A stretch of 64,000 bases of DNA from Spirochaetia bacterium (lineage in GTDB: Bacteria > Spirochaetota > Spirochaetia > SZUA-6 > Bin103), in NCBI GenBank assembly GCA_965203905.1, contig CBDBDQ010000005.1:3616001-3680000 (forward strand). Reading direction: 5' to 3'. Shown here in pieces: positions 39,782 through 50,264 of this stretch. How positions within the stretch are numbered: position 1 is the first letter of the stretch; the number at the start of each line of letters is the position of its first letter. The notes below the pieces were generated by a model. It made no database searches. It was not told where the DNA came from and was given only the letters and a program-made list of their open reading frames with translations. A program made the translations under genes and the position numbers.

Positions 39782-41156
39782 CTACCTCGAGGGCCAGCAG
39801 CCGGCAGCGCCCTCCAGGGCGATGTCCGGCAACTCGAAGCTGTCGCCGGTCTCCGCGATCCAGCGCGCGAGGCGGCGGTGGCAGCGCTGTTTGGTCTCCT
39901 GGTGGTCGTACCAGTACACCAGGTTGGCCTGTTCGTAGGGGTCGCCGGCGGTGTCGTACAGGAGCCAGTCGTTGTGCGGCGTGCACACGTACTTCCAGCC
40001 GTCACGCATTACCACCCCGCGCCAGGCCCGGTTGACCGGGCAGTAGAACTTGCGCGGTACCTGTTGCAGGAAGGCCGAGTCGGGCTCGGCGGCCGGATCG
40101 GGCTCGCCACGGTACTCGGGCCGGTCCCGCCTGATGCAGTGGCGCGAGTAGTCGTATCCCACCATTCGCTCCGGGACCTCGATACCGCACAGGCCGAGCG
40201 TGGTCGGGGCGATGTCCACGTGGTTGAGAAGTGCATCGGTCGTGCCCACCTGCATGCTGAAACGGCCCCCGACCATGCCCACGATGAAGGGAATGCGGAT
40301 GCACTCCTCCCACGGCAGCGAGTTGCCGTTGAAGCCGTGGCTGCCGAGCAGGTCGCCGTGATCGGAGAAGAACACCACGTACGTTTCGCGGTCGATGCCC
40401 AGCGTCTTGAGCGCCGTCAGGATCCTGCCCACGTTGAAGTCGAGATTCTCGATCATGCCGTAGTATCCCACCGCGGCGTCCGCTGCCTGCTCACGGAAGC
40501 TGGCCGACGCGGGGACGTTGGGCCGGAACGTGATGTCCGCCTGATGCGGCACGCTCGAACCGTGGCCGGGGTTGGTCGGGGGCACCATGGGGCCGTGCGG
40601 CGGCTGCACCGAGAGCACGGCGAAGAACGGCTGGTAGTCGCCCTCGACGCCGTTGCCGTTGACGTGCCGCCGCAGGTGGCCAAGGAGCAGGTCGGTGAGG
40701 GAGTCGGTCTCGTAGCCGGGGAGGCGGCGCGGTGTCTCGTGTCCGGTCCCGTAGACGAAGCTCCTGCTGGTTGTTGTTGTTGTCGTAGCCCATCCAGTGG
40801 TCGAAGCCGCTGCGGCGCTCGGGCGGCACGTAGTGGGTGTGCTCGTCGAAGCCGTCGAGATGCCACTTGCCCACGAACGCGCTGTGGTAACCCGCCTGCC
40901 GGAACGGCCCGGTGATGGTGGGGATGGCCGGATCGAGCCGCTGCGGGATCTGCACCACGCCGCACTGGTGCGGGTAGAGTCCGGTCAGGAGGGCGGCGCG
41001 GAACGGCGAGCACCACGGTGCGCCGGCCAGCGCCGAGTCGAAGCGGACGCCCCTGCGCGCCAGGCTGTCGATGTTCGGCGTGCTGACGTTGGGATCGCCG
41101 CGGTGGCTCAGGGCCTGTGCCCGATGCGCATCGCCGAACACCCAGATCACGTTCAT
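39782..41156 (-). pseudogene. Sulfatase, frameshifted near 40765
   Basis: MNVIWVFGD..WCSPFR (CxPxR)..GKWHL..YDNNNNQQE; FSDHGD and VDIAPTTLGLCG continue in another frame. Confidence 0.85.
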
Positions 41157-41252
41157 CCTCCTGCGCGGACGGAGCTCGAGGTGCCGGTCCACCCATCGAT
41201 TATCCGGCGTGGCGGGCCGCCCGGCAATCCTCTGCGATCCTGAAGCCGAGCC

Positions 41253-41765
41253 AACGTCATCTGGATCTACGGCGACCTGCACCGCGGGCAGGCACAGGGG
41301 CACATGGGCGACCCGAACGCGATGACCCCGAACCTGGACCGGCTGGCCGCCGACGGCGTCACCTTTACCCGGGCGGTGTCGAACTGTCCGTGGTGCACGC
41401 CTACCACCCTCGGCCTGTGCGGGCTGCCGCAGCCCGACTGGATGCGCGGCTTCGACTACTCGGGGGCGCGCCGGCACGGCGGTACGTCGCTGGAGCGCGC
41501 CCCGGAGTCGGCCTTCCTGCAGTACTGCCTCCACGACTCCCCGTTCCTGGAGTGGGTGTGGCGCGGCGTGATCACCGCGGACGGCTGGAAGTACGTCGCC
41601 CTGGAGGGCCAGCCGTTCGCCATGTTCGACCTGAACCGCGATCCCTACGAACTGGAGAACCTCGCCTTCCGCCGCGCCTTCCTGGCCCAGCGCCGGCGCC
41701 TCCGGGGGTTGCTCGCGCGCTGGATCGCCGACACCGGCGACCGCTTCACGCTGGCGCAGACCTGA
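41253..41765 (+). pseudogene. Sulfatase paralog with large in-frame internal deletion
   Basis: NVIWIYGD..TPNLDRLA..WCTP joined to TTLGLCG..WRGV..DPYELENL. Confidence 0.8.
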
Positions 41766-41788
41766 GGGCCACGCGGCGCGCGGCGGAC

Positions 41789-42709
41789 TCAGCCCTCCCG
41801 CGCCTGGAACTCGGCCTCGCGCGCCCGGCTGGCGCGGTCCCACTGCTCCCAGGTCGGCGTCGGGCCGGCGCTGAGGACGGTCAGGGGCTCGGTGCCGAAG
41901 CGGTGGCACTTCACGTTCCACTCGTCGGTGGCGCTCCGCTCCGGGGTTGCGGGCGGCAGCGTCTCCGCGGAGGCGTGATAGCGGAAGTCGACGCTCCAGC
42001 GCACCCGGTCGCCGTGGTTCTGCTTGCTGGCGTGAACCGTCATGTTGGTGAAGAAGGCCACGTCGCCCGGCCTCATGGGCAGCGGGGTGGGGGTGCCGCG
42101 CCGTTCCACCTCGGCGGCGAGACGCACCCGGTTGTTCTCATCCCAGTCCCGCTCCAGGAACCCCCACCGGTGACTGCCGGGGAGGACCCACAGGCAGCCG
42201 TTGTCGAGGGTCGCCTCCACCAGCGGCACCCACACGGTCACGATGTGCATGTGCTCGGTACCGCCGCGCAACCCCGGCGGCAGTCTCCCGTTGTAGTAGT
42301 GGCTGTCCTGGTGCCACGGCACGATGCTGACCTCGTCCGGCACCTTGACCCGGATCTTGGTGATGGCGTGCAGCGTGACCTCCGGCCCGAGCAGCACGCG
42401 CAGCACGTCGGTGATCCCGGGATGGTTGTAGAGCCGGTAGAACTCGGGTCCGTGGCGCCCGCGGGGGGTTCCGAACAGCCGCTCGACGGAGGCGGGCAGT
42501 TCCTCGTGCATGACGGCGTAACGGCGCCCGAACGGCAGGTCTCCGTGCAGCGAGCCCAGGCGCCCCGCCGCGTGCTCCAGGCGCGCCTGCTCGTCGACGC
42601 AGGCGCCGATGAAGGCACGCACCGGCTCCAGCACCTCGTGTGGGATGACGTCGCGCAGCACCAGGTACCCGTCCCGGTCCCAGCGGCCTGCGATCTCTTG
42701 CGGTGTCAT
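41789..42709 (-). CDS. PhyH-family Fe(II)/2OG dioxygenase
   Basis: WHQD, VWVPL, NGCLWVLPGSH, H-ASKQN, R. Confidence 0.9.
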   Translation of the reverse strand: MTPQEIAGRWDRDGYLVLRDVIPHEVLEPVRAFIGACVDEQARLEHAAGRLGSLHGDLPFGRRYAVMHEELPASVERLFGTPRGRHGPEFYRLYNHPGITDVLRVLLGPEVTLHAITKIRVKVPDEVSIVPWHQDSHYYNGRLPPGLRGGTEHMHIVTVWVPLVEATLDNGCLWVLPGSHRWGFLERDWDENNRVRLAAEVERRGTPTPLPMRPGDVAFFTNMTVHASKQNHGDRVRWSVDFRYHASAETLPPATPERSATDEWNVKCHRFGTEPLTVLSAGPTPTWEQWDRASRAREAEFQAREG

Positions 42710-42713
42710 CGGC

Positions 42714-43739
42714 TCAACCATACCGTATGCGCGGGTCCAGAATCCCGTACAGCAGGTCCACGACCAGGCTGAACAGTGAGTAGACCAGCGCCATCATCAG
42801 CACCACTCCCATCACCGCGTACAGGTCCTTGCTCAGCAGCGCGGTCACGGCGAACTGGCCCAGCCCCGGCCAACTGAACACGGTCTCGATGATGATCGAG
42901 CCGCCCAGCATGCTGCCGACGGCGAGACCCAGGAAGGTCACCGTGGGGATCAGGGTGTTCTTGAGCGCCAGCTTGTAGTTGATGGTCCGCCGCGGCAGAC
43001 CGATCGACGTGGCCAGCCTGATGTAGTCCTTGGACAGGGTCTCCAGCATGCCCGACCGCGTCAGCCGCGCCAGCATGGCGATCGCTCCGATCGACAGGGT
43101 GAATGCCGGCAGCACCATGTGCACCAGTGCCGCCTTGAAGATGTCGAGCTGGCCGCTCAGCAGGCTGTCGATGGTGTAGAACCCGGTCACGTGCGGCGGC
43201 GGGCTCTGAATGAAACCGAGACGGCCGGAGCTGGGGAAGATGCCGAGGTAGTAGAAGAACACGATCAGGAGGATCAGCCCGAACCAGAACGAGGGCATGG
43301 CGACCGCGCCCAATGACAGCATCCTGGCAACGTGGTCGGCGAGCTTGTTGCGGTGCAGCGCGGAAACGATTCCCAGGGGAATGCCGATGCCCAGCGCGAA
43401 GACCAGCGCCGCCGCGGTCAGCTCCATGGTGGCCGGGAGCCTGCTGACCAGGATCTGCCCGACCGGCTTGGTGGGATTGTCGATGGAGACGCCGAGATCG
43501 CCGCGCAGCACGTTGCCGATGTAGCGCAGGTACTGTTCCGGCACCGGGCGGTCGAAACCGTAGATCCGGTTCATGGTCTCGATGTAGACGGGGTCGACGC
43601 CCATGCCGCGGATCGCCGCCCGCGCGCGGATCGGATCGACCGGGGTGGCGTGCAGGATGATGAAGGTGACGGTGACCACGCCGAACAGCACGAGCGGCCA
43701 CATGAGCACCCTGCGGATGATGTAGACGTAGATTTTCAC
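42714..43739 (-). CDS. DppB-like ABC permease
   Basis: GDLGVS, LARLTRSGMLETLSKDYI, ETVFSWPGLG, DPRIRY. Confidence 0.93.
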   Translation of the reverse strand: MKIYVYIIRRVLMWPLVLFGVVTVTFIILHATPVDPIRARAAIRGMGVDPVYIETMNRIYGFDRPVPEQYLRYIGNVLRGDLGVSIDNPTKPVGQILVSRLPATMELTAAALVFALGIGIPLGIVSALHRNKLADHVARMLSLGAVAMPSFWFGLILLIVFFYYLGIFPSSGRLGFIQSPPPHVTGFYTIDSLLSGQLDIFKAALVHMVLPAFTLSIGAIAMLARLTRSGMLETLSKDYIRLATSIGLPRRTINYKLALKNTLIPTVTFLGLAVGSMLGGSIIIETVFSWPGLGQFAVTALLSKDLYAVMGVVLMMALVYSLFSLVVDLLYGILDPRIRYG

Positions 43740-43751
43740 CGCCGGAACGGG

Positions 43752-43791
43752 CCGTCCCCGGCGACCGGAACGATGCGGTCGCCGAGGACGG
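43752..43791 (-). other. Intergenic stem-loop between SBP and permease genes
   Basis: CCGTCCCCGGCGACCG-N8-CGGTCGCCGAGGACGG. Confidence 0.6.
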
Positions 43792-43815
43792 AAAAGTGCG
43801 TGCTGCTACCGCTTT

Positions 43816-45507
43816 CTACTGGTTTCTCCTGATCGCCGCCCAGTCGAAGGTGTCGGTGAATCCGTGCCAGTGCACGCCGCTCAGGTCGGACCGGAAGGCG
43901 GCCGTGTCCTGGGACTGGGTCAGTGGCAGGTTGGTGTGCCACTCCAGCAGGTACCGGTCCAGCTCCTGGACGGCCATGCTGCGCGCATCGGGATCGGTTT
44001 CGGACCTTATCTTGGCCATCATCTCGGCGATGTAGTCGAAGTCGACGTCGGGCAGGTACTCCTTCTTGAAGCCGGAGGCCTCGATGACCGTGCGGTGGTC
44101 CGTGAGCAGATCCGGGAAGCCGCCGGGGGCATCGGGATCGCTGCTCCCCTGCGCTCCGTATCCCTTGAGGTAAAGCGCCGGAGAATGCGCTTCCGGATCG
44201 GTGCTGTAGAGACTCTCGAACATCACCGTCCAGGTAGGCGACTTGAGCGTCGTCCTGATCCCGATCTTCTCCAGGTCGGCGCCGATCTTCTCGATCATCA
44301 GCGGCGGGCTGACGCCCTGGATGCCTTCCTTGTGGCCCCAGAGATCCATCTCCAGGCCATCGGCGTAGCCGGCTTCCACCATCAGCGCCTTCGCCTTCTC
44401 GATATCCTGCTTGTAGTGGTAGGCCAGCTCGGGATTGTAGCCCAGGCCGCCGGTCCAGGCGGTGGTCTGCAGGACGCTGACGGTGCCGCGGTTGAGCTCC
44501 ACCAGCCCCTCGTAGTCGATGGCGTACCTGATCGCCTGCCGCACCTTGACGTTGGTGAGGGGACCGCCGGCGGTATGCAGCACCAGGGTGATGCGTCCGA
44601 ACGAGGGCTGCTCCAGGTAGCTGACGCCAGCCGGCGCCTCGTCCTGCATGTCTGCGACGACGGCGTTCGGCAGGTCCGACACCACGTCCACTTCGCCCGT
44701 CTCCAGCGCCAGCCGGCGCGCGCCCGCCTCCGGGATGTTGATGAGGACGACGCGGTCGAAGAAGGGGTCGGGGTTGTTGGCCACGCCGCCCCAGTAGTCT
44801 TCGAACTTCTCGTAGACGGTCTTCTCGCGCGGCAGCGCCTCCACCACCCGGTAGGGACCGGTGCCGGCGCTGTTGCCGCTGCGCAGCCAGGCCAGGCCGC
44901 TATCGCCGTCCTTGGCGTTGGCCTCCACCGCCTCGCGGTCCATGATCGCCAGGTGACCGAACGAGAGCGTATCGAGCATCAGGAGCTGCGGCTTGCCGTC
45001 GCGTCCATGGATGCGCACGGTATAGTCGTCGACAATTTCGACCCGCTCGATGACCGGCACCACTGACCTTATGTTGGGCGGTGACCCGGTCGCCTCCGGG
45101 TCGATGTATTCCTCCCAGCGTGCCACCCGCTCGATCGAGAACTTCACGTCGTCGGCCTGCATCTCGTTGCCGGTGTGGAACTTGATGCCGCGGCGCAGGT
45201 TGAACGTCCAGACGATCCTGTCGTCGGTGCTGTAGGACTCCGCGAGGTGGGGAATGAGCTTGTACTCGGGCGGATTGCGCCGCAACAGCTCGGGGTCGTA
45301 GCCGATGAGCGATTCGTACGACGGGCCGGTCATGTCGTAGTTGTTCTCGAAAGCCGGATCGGTGGCCGTCTCCTCGCCCGCAAAGTGGTCGGTCGCGCCG
45401 GCGTAGATCAGCACCTGCTCTTCCTGTGCCGCCTCGCCCTCCGCGGCGGCAAAGCCCGTTGCCGCCGCAAGCAGCGCGAACAACAGGCCAAATACAGTAA
45501 CTCTCAT
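43816..45507 (-). CDS. Family-5 ABC solute-binding protein
   Basis: GGAGGTG RBS, signal peptide, PHLAESY, FNLRRGIKFH, AGTGPY, VRQAIRYAIDY. Confidence 0.92.
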   Translation of the reverse strand: MRVTVFGLLFALLAAATGFAAAEGEAAQEEQVLIYAGATDHFAGEETATDPAFENNYDMTGPSYESLIGYDPELLRRNPPEYKLIPHLAESYSTDDRIVWTFNLRRGIKFHTGNEMQADDVKFSIERVARWEEYIDPEATGSPPNIRSVVPVIERVEIVDDYTVRIHGRDGKPQLLMLDTLSFGHLAIMDREAVEANAKDGDSGLAWLRSGNSAGTGPYRVVEALPREKTVYEKFEDYWGGVANNPDPFFDRVVLINIPEAGARRLALETGEVDVVSDLPNAVVADMQDEAPAGVSYLEQPSFGRITLVLHTAGGPLTNVKVRQAIRYAIDYEGLVELNRGTVSVLQTTAWTGGLGYNPELAYHYKQDIEKAKALMVEAGYADGLEMDLWGHKEGIQGVSPPLMIEKIGADLEKIGIRTTLKSPTWTVMFESLYSTDPEAHSPALYLKGYGAQGSSDPDAPGGFPDLLTDHRTVIEASGFKKEYLPDVDFDYIAEMMAKIRSETDPDARSMAVQELDRYLLEWHTNLPLTQSQDTAAFRSDLSGVHWHGFTDTFDWAAIRRNQ

Positions 45508-45561
45508 CACGTCACCTCCGTGGAAAATCGTGATTGTCAAAGAAGTGTCCCTGATCGTGGA

Positions 45562-45603
45562 CAACCTTCAGGACAGGTTGAGAGGTATTCCGCGAGCTGT
45601 CAA
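45562..45603 (-). promoter_or_regulatory. Possible promoter/operator of SBP gene
   Basis: TTGACA (45603-45598) and IR CAACCT-N7-AGGTTG over the expected -10. Confidence 0.4.
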
Positions 45604-45756
45604 CAGCGCTGCTGCGCTGCGCGAGCGCGGCCGCAGTGGCGTGCCGGTGCGCCGGCCAGCTCCGGCTGGCACGTGCCGCAGGTCCACCCGTGGCGTGTCC
45701 GGCGTGTTCGGTCCGTGTTTACCGCGCACGGTGGCGGTGCTATCCTCGTCTCCAAG

Positions 45757-46671
45757 GTGGCTCAGCGGCTCGACTCCACGCGGCAGACGCCGGCGGCTCC
45801 CTCGCTCGCCTGGAGGGAGCGGCCCAGGCTCAAGGAACTGCTGCTGACCCTGCGCCTGCTGCGGCGCAATGGCCTGGTGGTGTTCGCCATGTTGGTCCTC
45901 GTCGCGTTCCTGCTGATGGCCGCCTTCGCGCCGCTGTTCACGCCCTACGACCCGTACCTCCAGAACCTCGACATCGCCCTGCAGGACCCCAGCCTGGTGC
46001 ACCCGTTCGGCACCGACCGGCTGGGGCGCGACCTGCTCAGCCGGGTCATTCAGGGCGCCCGGCTCAGCTTCCTGTCCGGGATCCAGGTGGTGCTGCTGGC
46101 CACGCTGATCGGCGTCCCGGTCGGGCTGGTGTCCGGATACCTGGGGAGCAAGGCGGACGAGGCGATGATGCGCTTCACCGACATCGTGCTGGCGTTCCCC
46201 GGCGAGCTGCTGGCGATCTTCCTGATCGTGCGGCTCGGCCCCAGCCTGCAGAATGCGATCCTCGCCCTGGGGCTGGTGTCGTGGCCGCTGCTGGCCCGGG
46301 TCACGCGCGGCGAGGTGCTGCGCGAGAAGGAAAAGGACTACAGCAGCGCCGCCAGGGCCCTGGGCAAGAGCGACTTCAAGATCCTGTTCCGCGAGATCCT
46401 GCCCAACGTGTGGGGACCGGTGATCGTGACGTCCACCATGAACGTCGGCTGGGCGATCCTCGCCACCGCGGCGCTCGGCTTCATCGGGGTGGGTGCGCAG
46501 CCGCCGCATCCCGAGTGGGGGCTGATGATCAGCGAGGGCCGTGACTACCTGATCAGCAACTGGTACCTGTCGACGCTGCCCGGGACCGCGATGTTCCTGG
46601 TGGTGCTGTCGCTGATCCTGTTCGGGGACGGTCTTCGGGACAGCCTGGACCCGACGCTCCGCCATCAATAG
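45757..46671 (+). CDS. DppC-like ABC permease, divergent from its dppAB neighbours
   Basis: HPFGTDRLGRDLLSRV, EWGLMISEG, GDGLRDSLDP. Confidence 0.9.
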   Translation: MAQRLDSTRQTPAAPSLAWRERPRLKELLLTLRLLRRNGLVVFAMLVLVAFLLMAAFAPLFTPYDPYLQNLDIALQDPSLVHPFGTDRLGRDLLSRVIQGARLSFLSGIQVVLLATLIGVPVGLVSGYLGSKADEAMMRFTDIVLAFPGELLAIFLIVRLGPSLQNAILALGLVSWPLLARVTRGEVLREKEKDYSSAARALGKSDFKILFREILPNVWGPVIVTSTMNVGWAILATAALGFIGVGAQPPHPEWGLMISEGRDYLISNWYLSTLPGTAMFLVVLSLILFGDGLRDSLDPTLRHQ

Positions 46672-46684
46672 CGTCCGGGCCGCG

Positions 46685-48595
46685 GTGTCTCGCTCCGGTG
46701 CAGCCCGGCCGCTCCCGTTGGCGCTGCTTGCGGTCCTGCTCGCGGCCGCATCCCTGACCACGCCCGGCGCCGTCGCGTCCCCACCCGAGTTGCAGGTGGT
46801 CCCCGCTACCGGACCGCTGAAAGGCGGCACCAGGGTGCGGATCATCGGGAACGATCTGCACCCGGGAACCGCCGTCAGATTCGGGGACGTGGCGGCGCTG
46901 AAGGTGGTGCACCTGACGTCGCGCAGGCTCAGTGCCACGGTCCCTCCGCACGCCGCCGGCGGGGTCGACGTGACGGTCGTCAGGCCGGACGGACGTGCGA
47001 CCTCGCTGCGCCGGGGGTTCGCCTACGTCGCGCCGGCGTTCACCGAGGTGGCGGAGGCGGCGGGGGTGGCGTTCGCCCACCGGCGCGGCTACGACCTGAT
47101 GCCGTTCGGCGGCGGGGTCGCGGTGGCCGACTTCGACGGCGACGGGCTGCTGGACATCTACGTCACCGCCTCGGTCGGCGCCAACGCGCTGTACCGGAAC
47201 CTCGGCGGCCTGCGCTTCGCCGACGTCGCCGCCGCGGCCTGGGTGGAGGATGCCGCGAGCCGGTCCAACGGCGCCTGCGCCGCCGACTACGACAACGACG
47301 GCGATACCGATCTCTACGTCGGCAATTACGGCCCCAGCAAGCTGTTCCGCAACCGCGGCGACGGTACCTTCGACGAGGTTACCGCGGCGGCCGGACTGGC
47401 CGAGTCCAGCCGCAACCTGCGCACCATGGGCTGCGCCTGGGGCGACTACGACGCCGACGGCTTCCTCGACCTGATCTTCGTGCGCCACCTCGACGACTCC
47501 GATCCCGGCGTCTTCGCCTGGGGCCAGCGCGACCTCAGCGAGTTCGCCGACCCGCTGGCGCTGTTCCGCAATCGCGGCGACGGCACCTTCGCCGACGTCA
47601 CCGTGCTGCTCGGTGACCCGATACCGGCCCGCGGCATCGTGCGGGGTGCCGGCTTCCAGCCCGCCTTCGTCGACTACGACAACGACGGCGACCTGGACAT
47701 CTACGTGGTGAACGACTTCGGCGACGAGATCACACCCAACGTCCTGTGGCGCAACGACGGCCGCGACGCGAGCGGCGAGTCCTGGGTGTTCACCGACGTG
47801 TCGGCGGCGTCGGGGAGCGACGTCGCCATGAACGGCATGGGGGTGGCCCTGGGCGACTACGACAGCGACGGCTTCACCGACCTCTACATCACCAACATCG
47901 ACGCCGCGGTGCTGCTGAGGAACAACGGCGACGGCACCTTCAGCGACCGCGCCCGCGCCGCTGGCGTGGGGCGGGGCAGGATCGGCGTCCCCGAGGGCAA
48001 CTCCGTCGGCTGGGGCACCGCGTTCTTCGACTACGACAACGATGGCGACCAGGACCTGTACCTGGCCGCCGGCTACCTCGACACCGACCAGGACACCAAC
48101 CCGGTGCAACAGCCGAACGCCCTGTTCCGAAACGAGGGCGACGGCACCTTCACCGACCTGCCGCCCTGGGCCAGCGGCGCCAACGACACCGGCTTCGGCC
48201 GCGGCGCCGCCTACGGCGACTTCGACGGCGACGGCTGCCTGGACCTGTACCTAGTCAACATCGGCGAGCTCGAAGGCCGCCCCGGCGTCGCCCGGCTGTT
48301 CCACAACAACTGCGCCAGCGGCAACAACTGGCTCATCGTGCGCACCGTGGGCACGCGCAGCAACCGCGACGGCATCGGCGCGGCCATCACCGTCTCCGCC
48401 GACGGCCGCACGCAACGCAGAACCGTCACCGCCGGCAGCAGCCAGATGTCGCAGAACATGCTGCCGGCCCACTTCGGCCTGGGCACCGCGGCACAGGTCG
48501 ACACCCTGACCGTGCGCTGGCCCAGCGGCCGCTCAAGCAGGCTGACCGATGTGGCTGCGAACCAGGTCCTGTTCGTGACCGAGCCGAACGGCTAG
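46685..48595 (+). CDS. Secreted CRTAC1-like FG-GAP/ASPIC-UnbV protein with N-terminal IPT/TIG domain
   Basis: Signal peptide; PATGPLKGGTRVRIIG (IPT); repeated DxDNDGDxDLY; SNRDGIGA..HFGLG..VRWPSG. Confidence 0.88.
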   Translation: MSRSGAARPLPLALLAVLLAAASLTTPGAVASPPELQVVPATGPLKGGTRVRIIGNDLHPGTAVRFGDVAALKVVHLTSRRLSATVPPHAAGGVDVTVVRPDGRATSLRRGFAYVAPAFTEVAEAAGVAFAHRRGYDLMPFGGGVAVADFDGDGLLDIYVTASVGANALYRNLGGLRFADVAAAAWVEDAASRSNGACAADYDNDGDTDLYVGNYGPSKLFRNRGDGTFDEVTAAAGLAESSRNLRTMGCAWGDYDADGFLDLIFVRHLDDSDPGVFAWGQRDLSEFADPLALFRNRGDGTFADVTVLLGDPIPARGIVRGAGFQPAFVDYDNDGDLDIYVVNDFGDEITPNVLWRNDGRDASGESWVFTDVSAASGSDVAMNGMGVALGDYDSDGFTDLYITNIDAAVLLRNNGDGTFSDRARAAGVGRGRIGVPEGNSVGWGTAFFDYDNDGDQDLYLAAGYLDTDQDTNPVQQPNALFRNEGDGTFTDLPPWASGANDTGFGRGAAYGDFDGDGCLDLYLVNIGELEGRPGVARLFHNNCASGNNWLIVRTVGTRSNRDGIGAAITVSADGRTQRRTVTAGSSQMSQNMLPAHFGLGTAAQVDTLTVRWPSGRSSRLTDVAANQVLFVTEPNG

Positions 48596-48658
48596 CCAGT
48601 TCTCCGTATGTGGCACCAGAGTTCTTCTTAGACGGGTTACCGGCCTGAATCTTCCGCT

Positions 48659-50128
48659 TTATCCGTTGCTTCGCGCGGATGCCTCCACGCCGAACCGCTC
48701 CGCGGCCTCCAGGGTCTCGCGAACGTCGTCCCAGTTGGTGTTGTGGTTGATGATGCAGAGCCTGAGGGCGAACGTCCCGTGCAACAGCGTCGATGACAGA
48801 AAGGCGCGGTCTTCCCAGAATACGCGCGCCAGCACCGTGCGGTTGATCTGTTCCAGGGCTTTCTCGTCATGGTCCCGGTCCGCCGGGTTGATACGGAAGC
48901 ACACGATCCCCAACGAGACGGGAGTCAGGAACTCCAGCACCGCGCTCTCCTGCACGTACTTCTCGGCGCGGGCAGCCAGCTCCATCCCCTTGTCCACCGC
49001 GCGCCGGAATGCCGCCATGCCAAAGGTCTGAATCGACATCCACACCTTCAAACCGCGAAACGAGCGGCTCAGCTGCAATCCCCGGTCGGAGATGTTGGGG
49101 TGGTTCGCACCCCACACCGTATCCTGCAGGATGTCGTGGTGCACTTCGAACGCGTGTTCGAGGGTGCGCGCGTCCTTCACCAGCAACGCACCGGCCTCGT
49201 ACGGCTGGAACAACCACTTGTGCGGGTCCAGCCCCACCGAATCGGCGCGCTCGATCCCGCTCATTAACTGCTTGCCGCGTTCGGTGACCGCCGCGAAGCC
49301 GCCGTAAGCGGCGTCGACGTGCATCCAGATGCCCTCGGCGGCACAATAGTCGGCAATCGCCGGCAGTGGATCGACCGCGCCCGTGCTGCTCGTCCCGGCG
49401 TTGGCACAGATCGCAATCGGGCTGAAGCCCGCGGCGCGGTCGTCGGCCACGGCGCGTGCCAGGAGATCCACGTCCAGCCGAAACTGCGCGTCGCTCGGCA
49501 ACAGCCTGATGCACTCCGGTCGCACGCCGACGATGCGCGCGGCCCGGATGTGCGCGCTGTGGCTCTGGTCGCTCAGGTACACGGTGGCGCGTTCGGGGTG
49601 CCCCGCCGCTTCGCGCGCCGTCACGAAGGCGTTGACGCTGGCCTCCGAGCCGCCGCTGGTAAGCAATCCGCCGGCGCCAACGGGAAAGCCGAGCCAGCGG
49701 CGAAACCAGTCGATCACCACCAGCTCGACCTGACTCGGGCCGCTCGCGACCAGCCAGGTGCAGGCGTTGACGTTGTAACCCGCGGCCAGGAAGTCCGCGA
49801 GAATCCCGGGCCAGGTCGGGGCCGACGGGATAAACCCGAAGCAGCGCGGATGATCCAGCCGGATCGCGAGTGGCAGGATTTCGCGTGCGGCCTGCTCGAT
49901 CACCTCCATCGGCGGCCGGCCTTCCTCCGGGGGAGCGGCCATCAGTTTGTGGTCGAGTACCTGCTTGAACTCGCCGTCCCAGGCGCTCTCGTCCGGCAGA
50001 TCCTGGATGCGCTCAACCAGCAGTTCCGCTGCCCGGCGCGCGAGATCAAGCATCTCCTCGGGTGCCAACGCGAGGTCATCGCGGAACTGGTCGATGGTAT
50101 CGGAGTCCATAGTGGTGCATTGTTCCAT
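48659..50128 (-). CDS. Group II PLP-dependent (aromatic amino acid-type) decarboxylase
   Basis: LTSGGS, QSHS, AGTSSTGAVD, HVDAAYGG, DPHKW. Confidence 0.9.
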   Translation of the reverse strand: MEQCTTMDSDTIDQFRDDLALAPEEMLDLARRAAELLVERIQDLPDESAWDGEFKQVLDHKLMAAPPEEGRPPMEVIEQAAREILPLAIRLDHPRCFGFIPSAPTWPGILADFLAAGYNVNACTWLVASGPSQVELVVIDWFRRWLGFPVGAGGLLTSGGSEASVNAFVTAREAAGHPERATVYLSDQSHSAHIRAARIVGVRPECIRLLPSDAQFRLDVDLLARAVADDRAAGFSPIAICANAGTSSTGAVDPLPAIADYCAAEGIWMHVDAAYGGFAAVTERGKQLMSGIERADSVGLDPHKWLFQPYEAGALLVKDARTLEHAFEVHHDILQDTVWGANHPNISDRGLQLSRSFRGLKVWMSIQTFGMAAFRRAVDKGMELAARAEKYVQESAVLEFLTPVSLGIVCFRINPADRDHDEKALEQINRTVLARVFWEDRAFLSSTLLHGTFALRLCIINHNTNWDDVRETLEAAERFGVEASARSNG

Positions 50129-50264
50129 TGGTTTGGAGAGGATGTACTATAAACGATTGGTGTGTTTTTTTGGGCAAAGGCGGTCTTTATAGTGAATTCA
50201 CCTTCTCGGGATGCCTCAGACGAGACTGGTACTTCCCAACCAAGTGCCCGGCGTCGAGGCCAGG

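Noticed and set aside
50146-50193. ACTATAAA..TTTATAGT IR as an IS end
   Set aside because: No counterpart at the other side of the element; more likely part of the decarboxylase promoter region.
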